Shown one piece after another: positions 18,955 through 27,857 of a stretch of DNA of 59,256 nt. Both the position numbers and the translations under genes were made by a program. Position 1 is the first letter of the stretch. Each line of letters starts with the position of its first letter. This DNA is from Actinomycetales bacterium mxb001 (GTDB lineage Bacteria; Actinomycetota; Actinomycetes; S36-B12): NCBI GenBank assembly GCA_004379115.1, contig NBNH01000347.1:1-59256 (forward strand). Reading direction: 5' to 3'. The notes under the pieces are model-generated. The model did not search any database. It worked only from the letters and a program-made list of their open reading frames with translations, and was not told where the DNA came from.

Positions 18955-20499
18955 ATGAGCATCGACCTCGACACCCCGACAGCTCGCGAACCCAGCGGGC
19001 CGCCGCCGCTCGACACGGCCGGGTTCCTGCGCTGGTGCTGGCGGCAACTCACCAGCATGCGCATCGCGCTCATCCTGCTGTTCCTCCTGGCGGTTGCCTC
19101 CATCCCCGGCTCGGTGCTTCCGCAGCGCGGCCTCGATCCCATTCGCGTGACCGACTGGATCGACGGCAATCCCACGTGGGGCCCGATCATGGATCGCTTG
19201 GGCTTCTTCGATGTGTACGCCGCCCCGTGGTTCGCGGCCATCTATCTGCTGCTCTTCATCTCCGTCATCGGCTGCGTGATCCCGCGCACGCGTCAGCACT
19301 GGCGCGCCATGCGCGGCACCCCACCGCCTCCGCCACGGTTCCTCGACCGCATGCCCGGCTTTCGCACGTGGACCACGGCGACGCCGGCCGACGACGTCCT
19401 CGATGCTGCCGCCACCGACCTGCGCGCGCGCCGCTGGCGCGTCGACCGCGGCCCGGGTTGGGTTGCTGCCGAGAAGGGCTACCTGCGCGAGACGGGCAAC
19501 CTCCTGTTCCACGCGGCGCTCATCGCCCTGCTGATCTCCGTCGCCTACGGGGCGCTTTTCGGCTGGCGCGGCAATGTCATCGTGCGCGAAGGCACCGGCT
19601 TTTCCAACACGCTCACCCAGTACGACGCATGGGGTGGCGGACGCCTGGTCAACCCCGACAACCTGCCGCCCTTCTCCTTCACCCTCGAGGACTTCCGCGT
19701 CGACTTCGAGCGGTCCGAGGCGCAGCTCGGCGCGCCCCGCCTCTTCGAGGCCGACCTGGTCGTGCGACCCGAGCCGGGCGCACCCACCGATGCGGTCATG
19801 GTCCGCGTCAACGAGCCGATGAGCGTCGACGGAGCCAAGGTCTTCCTCGTCGGCCATGGCTACGCGCCGATCCTGGAGCTACGCGACGCACTCGGTCGCG
19901 TGATGAACGAGGACGGCGTCATCTTCCTGCCACAGGACGGCAACTTCACGTCGACTGGCGTGCTCAAGGCCCCCGATGCCACGCCGTCACTGGGATTCGA
20001 AGGACTCTTCCTGCCGACCGCCGCCCTCGACGATGTGCGCGGCCCGCACTCGATCTTCCCCGCCCCCGATGACCCCGCCGTGTTCCTGTCTGCCTGGGCC
20101 GGCGATCTCGGACTCGACGAGGGAGTCCCGCAGAGCGTCTACGCGCTCGACACCGAGGGCATGACCCAGTTGGGCCTCGAAGCGCTGCGCCCCGGCGAAT
20201 CCTGGGATCTTCCCGGCGGCAATGGCACCGTCGAGTTCATCGGCCTGCAGCGATGGGCCTCCTTCCAGATCGCGCACGATCCGGGCAAGGAGCCGGCCCT
20301 CATCAGCGCCATCGTGGCTCTCGTCGGCCTCATGCTCTCCCTCTTCATCCGTCGTCGACGGGTCTGGGTCCGCGCGACGTCCGAGGGTGCCGGAGTTACG
20401 GTGGTGTCCACGGCCGGGCTCATGCGCAGCGACGAAGGTGATGTCAGTGCCGACGTCGATGCCGTGACCGAGGCCCTCGCAGAAAGGACGCCCGCGTGA
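18955..20499 (+). CDS. resB: Cytochrome c biogenesis protein ResB
   Basis: 514 aa. N-terminal TM segments with the LTSMRIALILLFLLA pattern and a large extracytoplasmic loop. Lies between ccdA and ccsB. Confidence 0.85.
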   Translation: MSIDLDTPTAREPSGPPPLDTAGFLRWCWRQLTSMRIALILLFLLAVASIPGSVLPQRGLDPIRVTDWIDGNPTWGPIMDRLGFFDVYAAPWFAAIYLLLFISVIGCVIPRTRQHWRAMRGTPPPPPRFLDRMPGFRTWTTATPADDVLDAAATDLRARRWRVDRGPGWVAAEKGYLRETGNLLFHAALIALLISVAYGALFGWRGNVIVREGTGFSNTLTQYDAWGGGRLVNPDNLPPFSFTLEDFRVDFERSEAQLGAPRLFEADLVVRPEPGAPTDAVMVRVNEPMSVDGAKVFLVGHGYAPILELRDALGRVMNEDGVIFLPQDGNFTSTGVLKAPDATPSLGFEGLFLPTAALDDVRGPHSIFPAPDDPAVFLSAWAGDLGLDEGVPQSVYALDTEGMTQLGLEALRPGESWDLPGGNGTVEFIGLQRWASFQIAHDPGKEPALISAIVALVGLMLSLFIRRRRVWVRATSEGAGVTVVSTAGLMRSDEGDVSADVDAVTEALAERTPA

Positions 20500-21446
20500 C
20501 CTCGACATCGTTGGCCGAGTGGAGCAACCTCGCCGTCTACTCCGCGATGTTCGTGCTCACCGCCGCATTCATCGCGTTTGCCGTGGGCTTCGCCGCGCGC
20601 GGCCAGCGCGTCACCACTCCCGAGAAGGTGGCGGTCCCCGTCGGTGGCGGCGCATCGTCCGCCGACTCGCCGGCGAGCGATGGGTCGTCCAACGACCAGG
20701 CCGGACGTCGGGCCAGCAACATCGGGCTCGCCCTCAGCTGGCTGGCCTTCGGCCTGCTCCTCGTCGGACTCGTGCTGCGCGGCCTGTGGGCCGGGCGCGT
20801 GCCGTGGGGCAACATGTACGAGTTCTCCCTTGCCTCGGCTGCGGGCATCCTGGGTGTCTACCTCGTGATCTCGACGCGGCGCGACGTGCGCTGGCTCGGG
20901 CTCTTCGTCGCCGGCGCCACCCTGCTCACCCTCGGTCTCGCGGTCACCGTGCTCTACACCGAGGCCGCCCAACTCGTGCCGGCCCTGAAGTCGTGGTGGC
21001 TGGTCATCCACGTGTCCGCTGCGGTCATCTGCGGCGGAGCCTTCACCGTGGCCGCGGGCATCACGGTGCTCTACCTGTGGCGCGAACGCGCGGAGCGGCT
21101 GGGTCACGTCACCGGAGTCGTCGCCAAATTGCCTGATGCCGCCCGACTCGACACTCTCGCGTATCGCATCCTGGCGTTCGCCTTCCCACTGTGGACGTTC
21201 GCCGTGATCGCCGGCGCGATCTGGGCCGAAAACGCATGGGGCCGCTACTGGGGCTGGGATCCCAAGGAGACCTGGGCGTTCATCACGTGGGTGTTCTACG
21301 CCGGCTACCTGCACGCTCGCGCGACCGCCGGGTGGCGAGGTCGCCGCGCGGCGTACATCTCGCTGCTGGGCTTTGCGTCGTTCCTCATTAACTACTTCGG
21401 CGTCAACCTCTTCGTCAACAGCCTGCACTCCTACGCCGGGCTCTAG
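20496..21446 (+). CDS. ccsB: c-type cytochrome biogenesis protein CcsB/ResC
   Basis: WGRYWGWDPKETW (WWD heme-handling motif). GTGA overlap with resB. Confidence 0.9.
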   Translation: MTSTSLAEWSNLAVYSAMFVLTAAFIAFAVGFAARGQRVTTPEKVAVPVGGGASSADSPASDGSSNDQAGRRASNIGLALSWLAFGLLLVGLVLRGLWAGRVPWGNMYEFSLASAAGILGVYLVISTRRDVRWLGLFVAGATLLTLGLAVTVLYTEAAQLVPALKSWWLVIHVSAAVICGGAFTVAAGITVLYLWRERAERLGHVTGVVAKLPDAARLDTLAYRILAFAFPLWTFAVIAGAIWAENAWGRYWGWDPKETWAFITWVFYAGYLHARATAGWRGRRAAYISLLGFASFLINYFGVNLFVNSLHSYAGL

Positions 21447-21769
21447 GCCGGGGCCTCGTCGCCTTCCTCGCGGCGCCGACGCATGCGCTCGGCCCACGCG
21501 TCATCCTCGAGTTGACGCAGGAACGCCGGATCATCGTCGGGGGCCACCGGTCCGCGGCGCCGCCGACCGCGACGCGGCCGATCAGGCTTCGGGCGGCCGG
21601 CCAGGAACCAGATCACGCCGCCGACGAGCGGCACGAGGATCACGATGAGTAGCCACACGTACTTCGGGAGAGTGCGGGTGGAGGTGGACGGCGTGCGGAT
21701 GACATCGATAACGAACCAGATGTAGACCGCCAGGGCCAGCAGAATCAGGGCAACCCTCAGCACGCGCAC
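21443..21769 (-). CDS. PLD-nuclease-N-terminal-domain (PLDc_N) small membrane protein
   Basis: Two TM helices and LPKYVWLLIVILVPLVGGVIWFLAGRP, with an Arg-rich tail. An alternative GTG at 21763 has better spacing from GGGAGG. Confidence 0.7.
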   Translation of the reverse strand: MRVLRVALILLALAVYIWFVIDVIRTPSTSTRTLPKYVWLLIVILVPLVGGVIWFLAGRPKPDRPRRGRRRRGPVAPDDDPAFLRQLEDDAWAERMRRRREEGDEAPA

Positions 21770-21827
21770 CTCCCTTCGCAGTCCTGACCAGCCTAACCCC
21801 GAGTGGCTGGACTCCGCCTGTCGCGCC

Positions 21828-21833
21828 TACCGT
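21828..21833 (+). promoter_or_regulatory. -10-like hexamer TACCGT, 6 nt upstream of the GTG at 21840
   Basis: Plus strand reads TACCGT-ggagtc-GTG. Confidence 0.45.
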
Positions 21834-21839
21834 GGAGTC

Positions 21840-22208
21840 GTGCGCGGAATCGCCCTCTATACGACGTTGCGCGTGGCCCTGCTCCTTGCGGTGTGGCTGC
21901 TCGTGCAGCTCGTGACTCCGCTGCGCGGCCTCATCGCGATTGCGGTGGCGGTGGTGATCTCCGGCGTCCTCAGTTTCGTCGTCCTCGATCGGCCCCGCGA
22001 TCAGGCCAGTCGCGGGCTCTCGCGCCTCTTCCGCAATATCGACGATCGCATCGAGCGCAGTCGCACGGCGGAGGACGTCGATGACGAGCCCGCGCCCGCC
22101 GCGTCAGGACAGGCCGATGCCCAGGCCGAGCAGCAGTCCGTAGGCGAGCACGACGAGTCCGGTCCCCTTCAGGACGGCGACGAGGGCGCGACCCGTCGCC
22201 CCGCGTGA
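21840..22208 (+). CDS. DUF4229-like small membrane protein
   Basis: Two TM helices (LRVALLLAVWLLV, IAIAVAVVISGVLSFVVL) followed by an acidic tail. Position next to menA is as I recall in other actinobacteria. Confidence 0.6.
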   Translation: MRGIALYTTLRVALLLAVWLLVQLVTPLRGLIAIAVAVVISGVLSFVVLDRPRDQASRGLSRLFRNIDDRIERSRTAEDVDDEPAPAASGQADAQAEQQSVGEHDESGPLQDGDEGATRRPA

Positions 22209-22982
22209 CACGGCCGCGACCGGCCCGATAGCCAACAGGGCGGCGATGACCCCCAGCCAGGCGTACGTCAGCCCGAGGGCGAGCGCGAGCGGGACGATGA
22301 CGACGAACGCCGAGACGACCAGGGCGACGTAGAGCACCCGTGTCGGTCCATCGCCTATGCGCACCGCGAGGGTGCGCTTGCCCACCTGTGCATCGCTGGG
22401 AATGTCGCGCAGGTTGTTGGCGACGAGGATCGCGCACGTCAGCGCCCCCACACCGATGGAACTCACCCACGCGGTGGTGGTGAAGGACAGTGTCTGCACG
22501 TACGCCGTGCCCACCACGGGTACGACGCCAAAGAACACGAAGACGGCAATCTCTCCGAGGCCGAGGTAGCCGTAGGGCTGCGGGCCACCGGTGTAGAGCC
22601 ACGCGGCAACGAGCGACACCGCCCCGACCAGCAGCAGCCACCACTGCGCGGTGAGCGCCACCAGCACGAGCCCGGCGATCGCCGAGGTCGCCAGGCACGC
22701 GAGTGCCGCCGCGCGCACCGCCGCGGGGGAGGCCAGCCGCTGGCCTACGAGGCGCACGGGGCCCACACGTTCGTCGTCGGTGCCACGGATGCCGTCGCTG
22801 TAGTCGTTGGCGTAGTTGACACCCATCTGCGCCGCGACGAGCACCAGGAGCGCGAGCAGGGCCCGCACCGGCTGCAGCGAATCGGCGGCTGCGGCGACAC
22901 CGGTGCCGACAGCAACGGGGGCAATGGCTGCCCCGAGGGTGCGCGGTCGCGCTCCCGCGATCCACTGCGCTGCTGTCGCCAT
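22104..22982 (-). CDS. menA: 1,4-dihydroxy-2-naphthoate polyprenyltransferase
   Basis: UbiA-family motif NYANDYSDGIRGTD and multiple TM segments. Start set at ATG 22982 (MATAAQWIAGARPRT). Track ORF extends to 23195 into menE. Confidence 0.9.
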   Translation of the reverse strand: MATAAQWIAGARPRTLGAAIAPVAVGTGVAAAADSLQPVRALLALLVLVAAQMGVNYANDYSDGIRGTDDERVGPVRLVGQRLASPAAVRAAALACLATSAIAGLVLVALTAQWWLLLVGAVSLVAAWLYTGGPQPYGYLGLGEIAVFVFFGVVPVVGTAYVQTLSFTTTAWVSSIGVGALTCAILVANNLRDIPSDAQVGKRTLAVRIGDGPTRVLYVALVVSAFVVIVPLALALGLTYAWLGVIAALLAIGPVAAVSRGATGRALVAVLKGTGLVVLAYGLLLGLGIGLS

Positions 22983-22995
22983 GCCTCCGCCTCGC

Positions 22996-24171
22996 CTACG
23001 AGCCGCGTCCGGCACGCTCGGCGAGCGCGCGACGGTCGATCTTTCCATTGGGCAGGAGCGGCAGGGCATCCACGTGGACCACGTCGGGACGGGCGGCGCC
23101 ACCCAGACGCTCACCCACGAGTGGCGCGATGGCCGACAGTCGGGCCGGGTCGGTGAGGACAACGAAAGCAACGACACGGTGACCCAGCCGGTCATCGGGG
23201 ACGGCGACGACGGCTACGTCGACCACGCCGAGTTCGGGGCGGATGGTGGCTTCGATCGCCCCCAGGGCGACATTGACGCCGTTGACCGTGACGACGTCGT
23301 CGACGCGTCCGGTCACCCGCAGGCGACCGTCGTGCCACTCGCCGTGATCGGCGGTGCGGAATCGCCGGAGTGCGCCTTCGCCACTGAAGGGTCCGCCGCC
23401 CCCGCGGTAGCCGGCGGCGACCTGTGCCCCCTGCACCTCGATGAGGCCGTCGACGATGTCGATCGTCACACCGGGCAGGGGCACGCCGTCGTACACGCAT
23501 CCGCCCGTGGTCTCCGTCATGCCGTACGTCGTCACGAGTCGTAACCCCGACTCGCGCGCGCGGTCGGCCAACTCGTCCGGCATGGCGGCGGCTCCCACGA
23601 TCACGGCGGTGGCGCGCGCCAGCCACGCCGTTGCCGTTGGCGACGCCAGGATGTCGGTGATCTGACGGGGCACGAGCGAGATGGCGAAGGGCTCCGGCAC
23701 GTCGAGCGCGGCGAGCGCCTCCGGGTCGAAGGCTTCCGCGCCCCCGATCGATGGCAGCACGTGCAGTGGGGTGCCGGCCAGGTGCGAGCGCACGAGTGCG
23801 CCGAAGCCGCCGATGGAGGTCACCGGTAGAGCCAGCACCCAGGAGCACTCGCGCAGGCCATCGATATGCCGCCAGGACGCCTGAACGGCGGTGGTGAGAT
23901 TCGCCCGCGTGATGAGGACTCCGCGCGGGGCACCGGTCGAACCGCTGGTTGCGACCACGATGGCGGTGTCGGGATCCTCGACCGGTTCGCCCGGGCGGAC
24001 AGCGTCGGTCACCATGCGCGCGTAGTCGGCGGTGATGTGCCGGGAGATGCGGGGGATGAGGGCGAACGGCGCCCCGTCCCCATCGAGGCGGTCGGTGAGT
24101 GCGGCGCGCACCTCGGCCACGCCCACTGTTCCCGGGTCGACCTCCACCGCACGGAGGGGGAGTGCCGCCAT
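22996..24171 (-). CDS. menE: o-succinylbenzoate--CoA ligase
   Basis: AMP-binding motif TSGSTGAPRGV, 391 aa. ATG at 24171 is preferred because of its -10 spacing, with GTG at 24177 as the alternative. Confidence 0.85.
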   Translation of the reverse strand: MAALPLRAVEVDPGTVGVAEVRAALTDRLDGDGAPFALIPRISRHITADYARMVTDAVRPGEPVEDPDTAIVVATSGSTGAPRGVLITRANLTTAVQASWRHIDGLRECSWVLALPVTSIGGFGALVRSHLAGTPLHVLPSIGGAEAFDPEALAALDVPEPFAISLVPRQITDILASPTATAWLARATAVIVGAAAMPDELADRARESGLRLVTTYGMTETTGGCVYDGVPLPGVTIDIVDGLIEVQGAQVAAGYRGGGGPFSGEGALRRFRTADHGEWHDGRLRVTGRVDDVVTVNGVNVALGAIEATIRPELGVVDVAVVAVPDDRLGHRVVAFVVLTDPARLSAIAPLVGERLGGAARPDVVHVDALPLLPNGKIDRRALAERAGRGS

Positions 24172-24178
24172 GCGCACG

Positions 24179-24184
24179 AGGGTA
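24179..24184 (-). promoter_or_regulatory. -10-like hexamer TACCCT, 7 nt upstream of the menE ATG at 24171
   Basis: Minus strand reads TACCCT-cgtgcgc-ATG. Confidence 0.4.
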
Positions 24185-24236
24185 GGCCTGATTAGGTTGG
24201 GGGGCGCGCCCGCATCCGCGTGCGCCGAGAGGAGCC

Positions 24237-25184
24237 GTGGTGGGCCAGCCGTTCGACTCGCGCACCCGCTATGCGCTGCCGCCGGTCGTCCCCGAGGGAA
24301 GTCCAGCGCTGCAGGATTCGGCGTACTCCAGCATCGTGCCCGCCTGCGAGTGGGTCAGCGAGGGCGACTACACCGACATTCGCTACGAACTCTCGACCGG
24401 CGACGCGGCTGGCATCGCCAAGCTGACCATTAATCGCCCGCACAAGCGCAATGCCTTCCGACCCCAGACGCTCTTCGAATTGGCTGACGCCCTCAACCGG
24501 GCTCGCGACGACGACAGCGTGGGCGTCATCATCCTCACGGGCCAGGGCGACTGGGCATTCTGCAGCGGTGGCGATCAGATGATCCGTGGCGATGATGGCT
24601 ACATCGGCGACGATGAGATCGCCAAGAAGGGCATCGGGCGACTCAACGTGCTCGACCTGCAGATCCAGATCCGTCGCACGCCCAAGCCGGTCATCGCGAT
24701 GATCTCCGGCTACGCCATCGGCGGCGGCCACGTGCTGCACGTCGTCTGCGACCTGTCGATCGCGGCGTCCAACGCCCGCTTCGGCCAGACCGGCCCCAAG
24801 GTCGGCTCATTCGACGGCGGCTACGGCTCGGGTCTACTCGCGCGCACCATCGGCCAGAAGCGTTCGCGCGAGGTGTGGATGCTCTGCCGTCAGTACGGCG
24901 CCGAGCAGGCCTACGACTGGGGCCTGGTGAACTCGGTCGTGCCGATCGAGGATCTCGAGAAGGAGACCGTGTCGTGGGCGCAGCAGATGCTGACGCTCTC
25001 ACCGCTGGCACTTCGCATGCTGAAGGCCTCACACAACGCGGCTGACGACGGTCTCGCCGGGGTTCAGCAGCTCGCTGGCGATGCCACGCTGCTCTTCTAC
25101 ATGACCGAGGAAGCGCAGGAGGGTCGCGACGCCTACGCCCAGCGCCGCACACCTGACTTCACGAAGTTCCCCAAGCGTCCGTAG
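24237..25184 (+). CDS. menB: 1,4-dihydroxy-2-naphthoyl-CoA synthase
   Basis: Crotonase fold: [41 protein letters not shown]. Confidence 0.95.
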   Translation: MVGQPFDSRTRYALPPVVPEGSPALQDSAYSSIVPACEWVSEGDYTDIRYELSTGDAAGIAKLTINRPHKRNAFRPQTLFELADALNRARDDDSVGVIILTGQGDWAFCSGGDQMIRGDDGYIGDDEIAKKGIGRLNVLDLQIQIRRTPKPVIAMISGYAIGGGHVLHVVCDLSIAASNARFGQTGPKVGSFDGGYGSGLLARTIGQKRSREVWMLCRQYGAEQAYDWGLVNSVVPIEDLEKETVSWAQQMLTLSPLALRMLKASHNAADDGLAGVQQLAGDATLLFYMTEEAQEGRDAYAQRRTPDFTKFPKRP

Positions 25185-25187
25185 CCC

Positions 25188-26213
25188 GTGCCGATCACCA
25201 TCTCGGACCTGCTGCACGACGCGGTCCCCTATGCGCTCCCACTGCAGCATCGGTTCCGTGGCATCACGGTGCGCGAGGGTGTGCTGCTGCGCGGACCGAG
25301 TGGCTGGGGAGAGTTCGCGCCGTTCGATGATTACTCCCCGCGCGGGTGCGCGCTGTGGCTGGCCGCGGCAGCCGAGGCGGCCTTTGGCACATGGCCCGCG
25401 CCGCTGCGCGATCGCGTGCCCGTCAACGCGATCATTCCTGCGCTCCCGGCGGCTGATGCCGCTGCACTCGCCCGTCGCGCCGTGCTCGAGCACGGGTGCT
25501 CGACTCTCAAGGTGAAGGTCGGCGCGCTCGGTGAAGTCCTGGCCGACGACGAAGCGCGACTCGTTGCCGTCCGCGATGCTGCCGACACCGCGCTGCGGTC
25601 CCTGGGCCAGGCGGAATCGGCCCGCTTGCGCATCGATGCCAACGGCGGATGGTCGGCAGACGATGCCGAGCGAGCGCTGCGCCGCCTGTCGGCGTACGGC
25701 CTGGAATACGTCGAGCAGCCGTGTCCGACGGTGGAGGAGACGCTCACGCTGCGCAAGACCACCGATGTGCCGATCGCGCTCGATGAGTCGGTGCGCTTCG
25801 CGGATCCGCGCGCCCTCGAGGCCGCCGACATCGTGATCCTCAAGGTCGCTCCCCTCGGCGGTGTCGGCGCTGCACTGGCCTTGGCACGCGAGTGGGGTGG
25901 GCCTGTCGTCGTCAGCGGCGCCCTCGAGTCGGCGGTCGGTCTGTCCGCTGGTCTCGCCCTCGCCGCTGCGCTCACCGGCGAGCCGCCCGCCTGCGGCCTC
26001 GGCACGGGGGCGCTCCTGGCACGCGATGTCGTGTCGGAGCCGCGTGTACCGCAGGACGGCTATCTCGACGTGGGTCGCGTGGCGCCTGACTTGGATGCGC
26101 TCATGGCGGCCCGTGACCTGCTCGGCGATGATCGCGCCAGGTGGTGGAAGCAGCGCGTCGTCGATGCGTGGGAGTCCGGCGGCTCCGAACTCGTCGCTTC
26201 CGTCGCCGCGTGA
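25188..26213 (+). CDS. menC: o-succinylbenzoate synthase
   Basis: Enolase-superfamily motifs KVKVG, RIDANGGW, YVEQP, IALDES. Lies between menB and menD. Confidence 0.8.
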   Translation: MPITISDLLHDAVPYALPLQHRFRGITVREGVLLRGPSGWGEFAPFDDYSPRGCALWLAAAAEAAFGTWPAPLRDRVPVNAIIPALPAADAAALARRAVLEHGCSTLKVKVGALGEVLADDEARLVAVRDAADTALRSLGQAESARLRIDANGGWSADDAERALRRLSAYGLEYVEQPCPTVEETLTLRKTTDVPIALDESVRFADPRALEAADIVILKVAPLGGVGAALALAREWGGPVVVSGALESAVGLSAGLALAAALTGEPPACGLGTGALLARDVVSEPRVPQDGYLDVGRVAPDLDALMAARDLLGDDRARWWKQRVVDAWESGGSELVASVAA

Positions 26214-26225
26214 GATTCTTCTGGC

Positions 26226-27857
26226 GTGGATAGCCCGGCGATGGCGCGTGCCGTGGTCGAGGAATTGCTCGCCGCGGGTATCACCGACGTCGTCGTCTGT
26301 CCTGGTTCACGCTCGGCACCCCTTGCGCTCACCTTGGCCGCTGCCGAGCGTCGTGGTCTCGTGCGCCTGCACGTGCGCGTCGACGAGCGGTCCGGCGCCT
26401 ATCTCGCGCTGGGGATCGCGCGGGGATCGGGACGACCCGTCGCTGTCGTCACGACGTCGGGGACGGCGGCGGTCAACCTGCACCCGGCGATCGTCGAGGC
26501 GGCGTACTCGGGCGTGCCACTGGTTGCCGTGACCGCGGATCGACCCGGTGATGTGCGCGGCAGCGGTGCCAACCAGACGATCGATCAGCGCGGCCTCTAC
26601 GGCGTCGATGTCGTCACGTGGGCTGACCTCGAGGGGATGAGCGAGAGTGCCACGCGTGCGGCGGTGGCCAGCGCCCTCGACCTGGCCGTGACGCAGCCGG
26701 GGCCCATTCACCTCAACGTGCCCTTCGCCGAACCTCTCGTCACCGCGGGCCAGCATTCGATCGATGCGGTGACCGTGCGACCGGCGGCCGCATCGTCTCC
26801 TGCGGAGTACGCAGAGCTCGACACGCTCGTTCCGCCTGGACTCAACCTCGCGCACGGATTGCTCATCGCTGGCGACTTCGACGACGAGGTGGCGCGCGAG
26901 GCGGCCGGGCGACTGGCGACGGCGATGGGGTGGCCCATCATCAGCGAGCCGTCCGGCAATCTCTCGGCTCATCCGCAGGCCCTGCGTCACGGACCGCTGA
27001 TCATGAAGCGCTTTGCACCCGAGGTCATCGTGACCGTCGGACGCGTGGGACTTCACCGGCCCGAGACCTCGGCGCTGACGTCAGTGCCGGTCCACATCGC
27101 CGTCGACGTCGCACCGCGCCTCGGCCGCGTCGACCCGGCCGGCACCGCTGCCGCCATCGTGGAGTCCGTACCCGAACCCGCTAGCGCGCACGATCCGGCG
27201 TGGCTCGAGCAGTGGGCAGGCGCGGATGCCATGGCAGCAGCGGCCGTCGACGGCCTGCTCTCCGACGATGAACTCACCGGCCCCGTTGTTGCGCGGCTGG
27301 TGGCGCAGCGGACGACCGACGATGACCTCCTCGTCATCGGTGCGTCCTGGCCGGTGCGCCATGTCTCCCTGTACGCCGGACCGCTGCGTGCGCACTGCAT
27401 CGGCAATCGCGGCACCTCCGGCATCGACGGCGTGATCTCGACCGCGTGGGGAGCAGCTCTGACGCGATCCGGCGGAACGACGTACGCGCTGGTGGGCGAC
27501 CTCACGTCGATCTACGACCGCAATGGCCTCCTCGCCGCGCCCACGGAGGAACTACCTCGTCTGACGTACGTCGTCATCGACAACGACGGGGGCGGCATCT
27601 TCTCGATGCTTGAGCAGGGTGCCCCGGACTTCGCGCGCGACTTCGAGCGCGTCTTCGGCACCCCGCACGGTGGTGACCTGGGCGCGCTCCTGGCCGCCCC
27701 GCGCATCAGCGTCGAGTCGGTGGATTCCGTGGTGGGCCTGCGGTCAGCGTTGAATGCCGATCGCCAGGGCGTTCATGTCATCGTGGCCCGCTGTGCGTCG
27801 CGGGCCCGCGAGGCCGATCAGGTCGCGGCTATCCACGCCGCCACTTCTGCGTCCTAG
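26226..27857 (+). CDS. menD: 2-succinyl-5-enolpyruvyl-6-hydroxy-3-cyclohexene-1-carboxylate (SEPHCHC) synthase
   Basis: TPP enzyme, 543 aa. VVCPGSRSAPLAL, TSGTAAVNLHPAIVEA, GDLTSIYDRNGL...NDGGGIF. Confidence 0.9.
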   Translation: MDSPAMARAVVEELLAAGITDVVVCPGSRSAPLALTLAAAERRGLVRLHVRVDERSGAYLALGIARGSGRPVAVVTTSGTAAVNLHPAIVEAAYSGVPLVAVTADRPGDVRGSGANQTIDQRGLYGVDVVTWADLEGMSESATRAAVASALDLAVTQPGPIHLNVPFAEPLVTAGQHSIDAVTVRPAAASSPAEYAELDTLVPPGLNLAHGLLIAGDFDDEVAREAAGRLATAMGWPIISEPSGNLSAHPQALRHGPLIMKRFAPEVIVTVGRVGLHRPETSALTSVPVHIAVDVAPRLGRVDPAGTAAAIVESVPEPASAHDPAWLEQWAGADAMAAAAVDGLLSDDELTGPVVARLVAQRTTDDDLLVIGASWPVRHVSLYAGPLRAHCIGNRGTSGIDGVISTAWGAALTRSGGTTYALVGDLTSIYDRNGLLAAPTEELPRLTYVVIDNDGGGIFSMLEQGAPDFARDFERVFGTPHGGDLGALLAAPRISVESVDSVVGLRSALNADRQGVHVIVARCASRAREADQVAAIHAATSAS

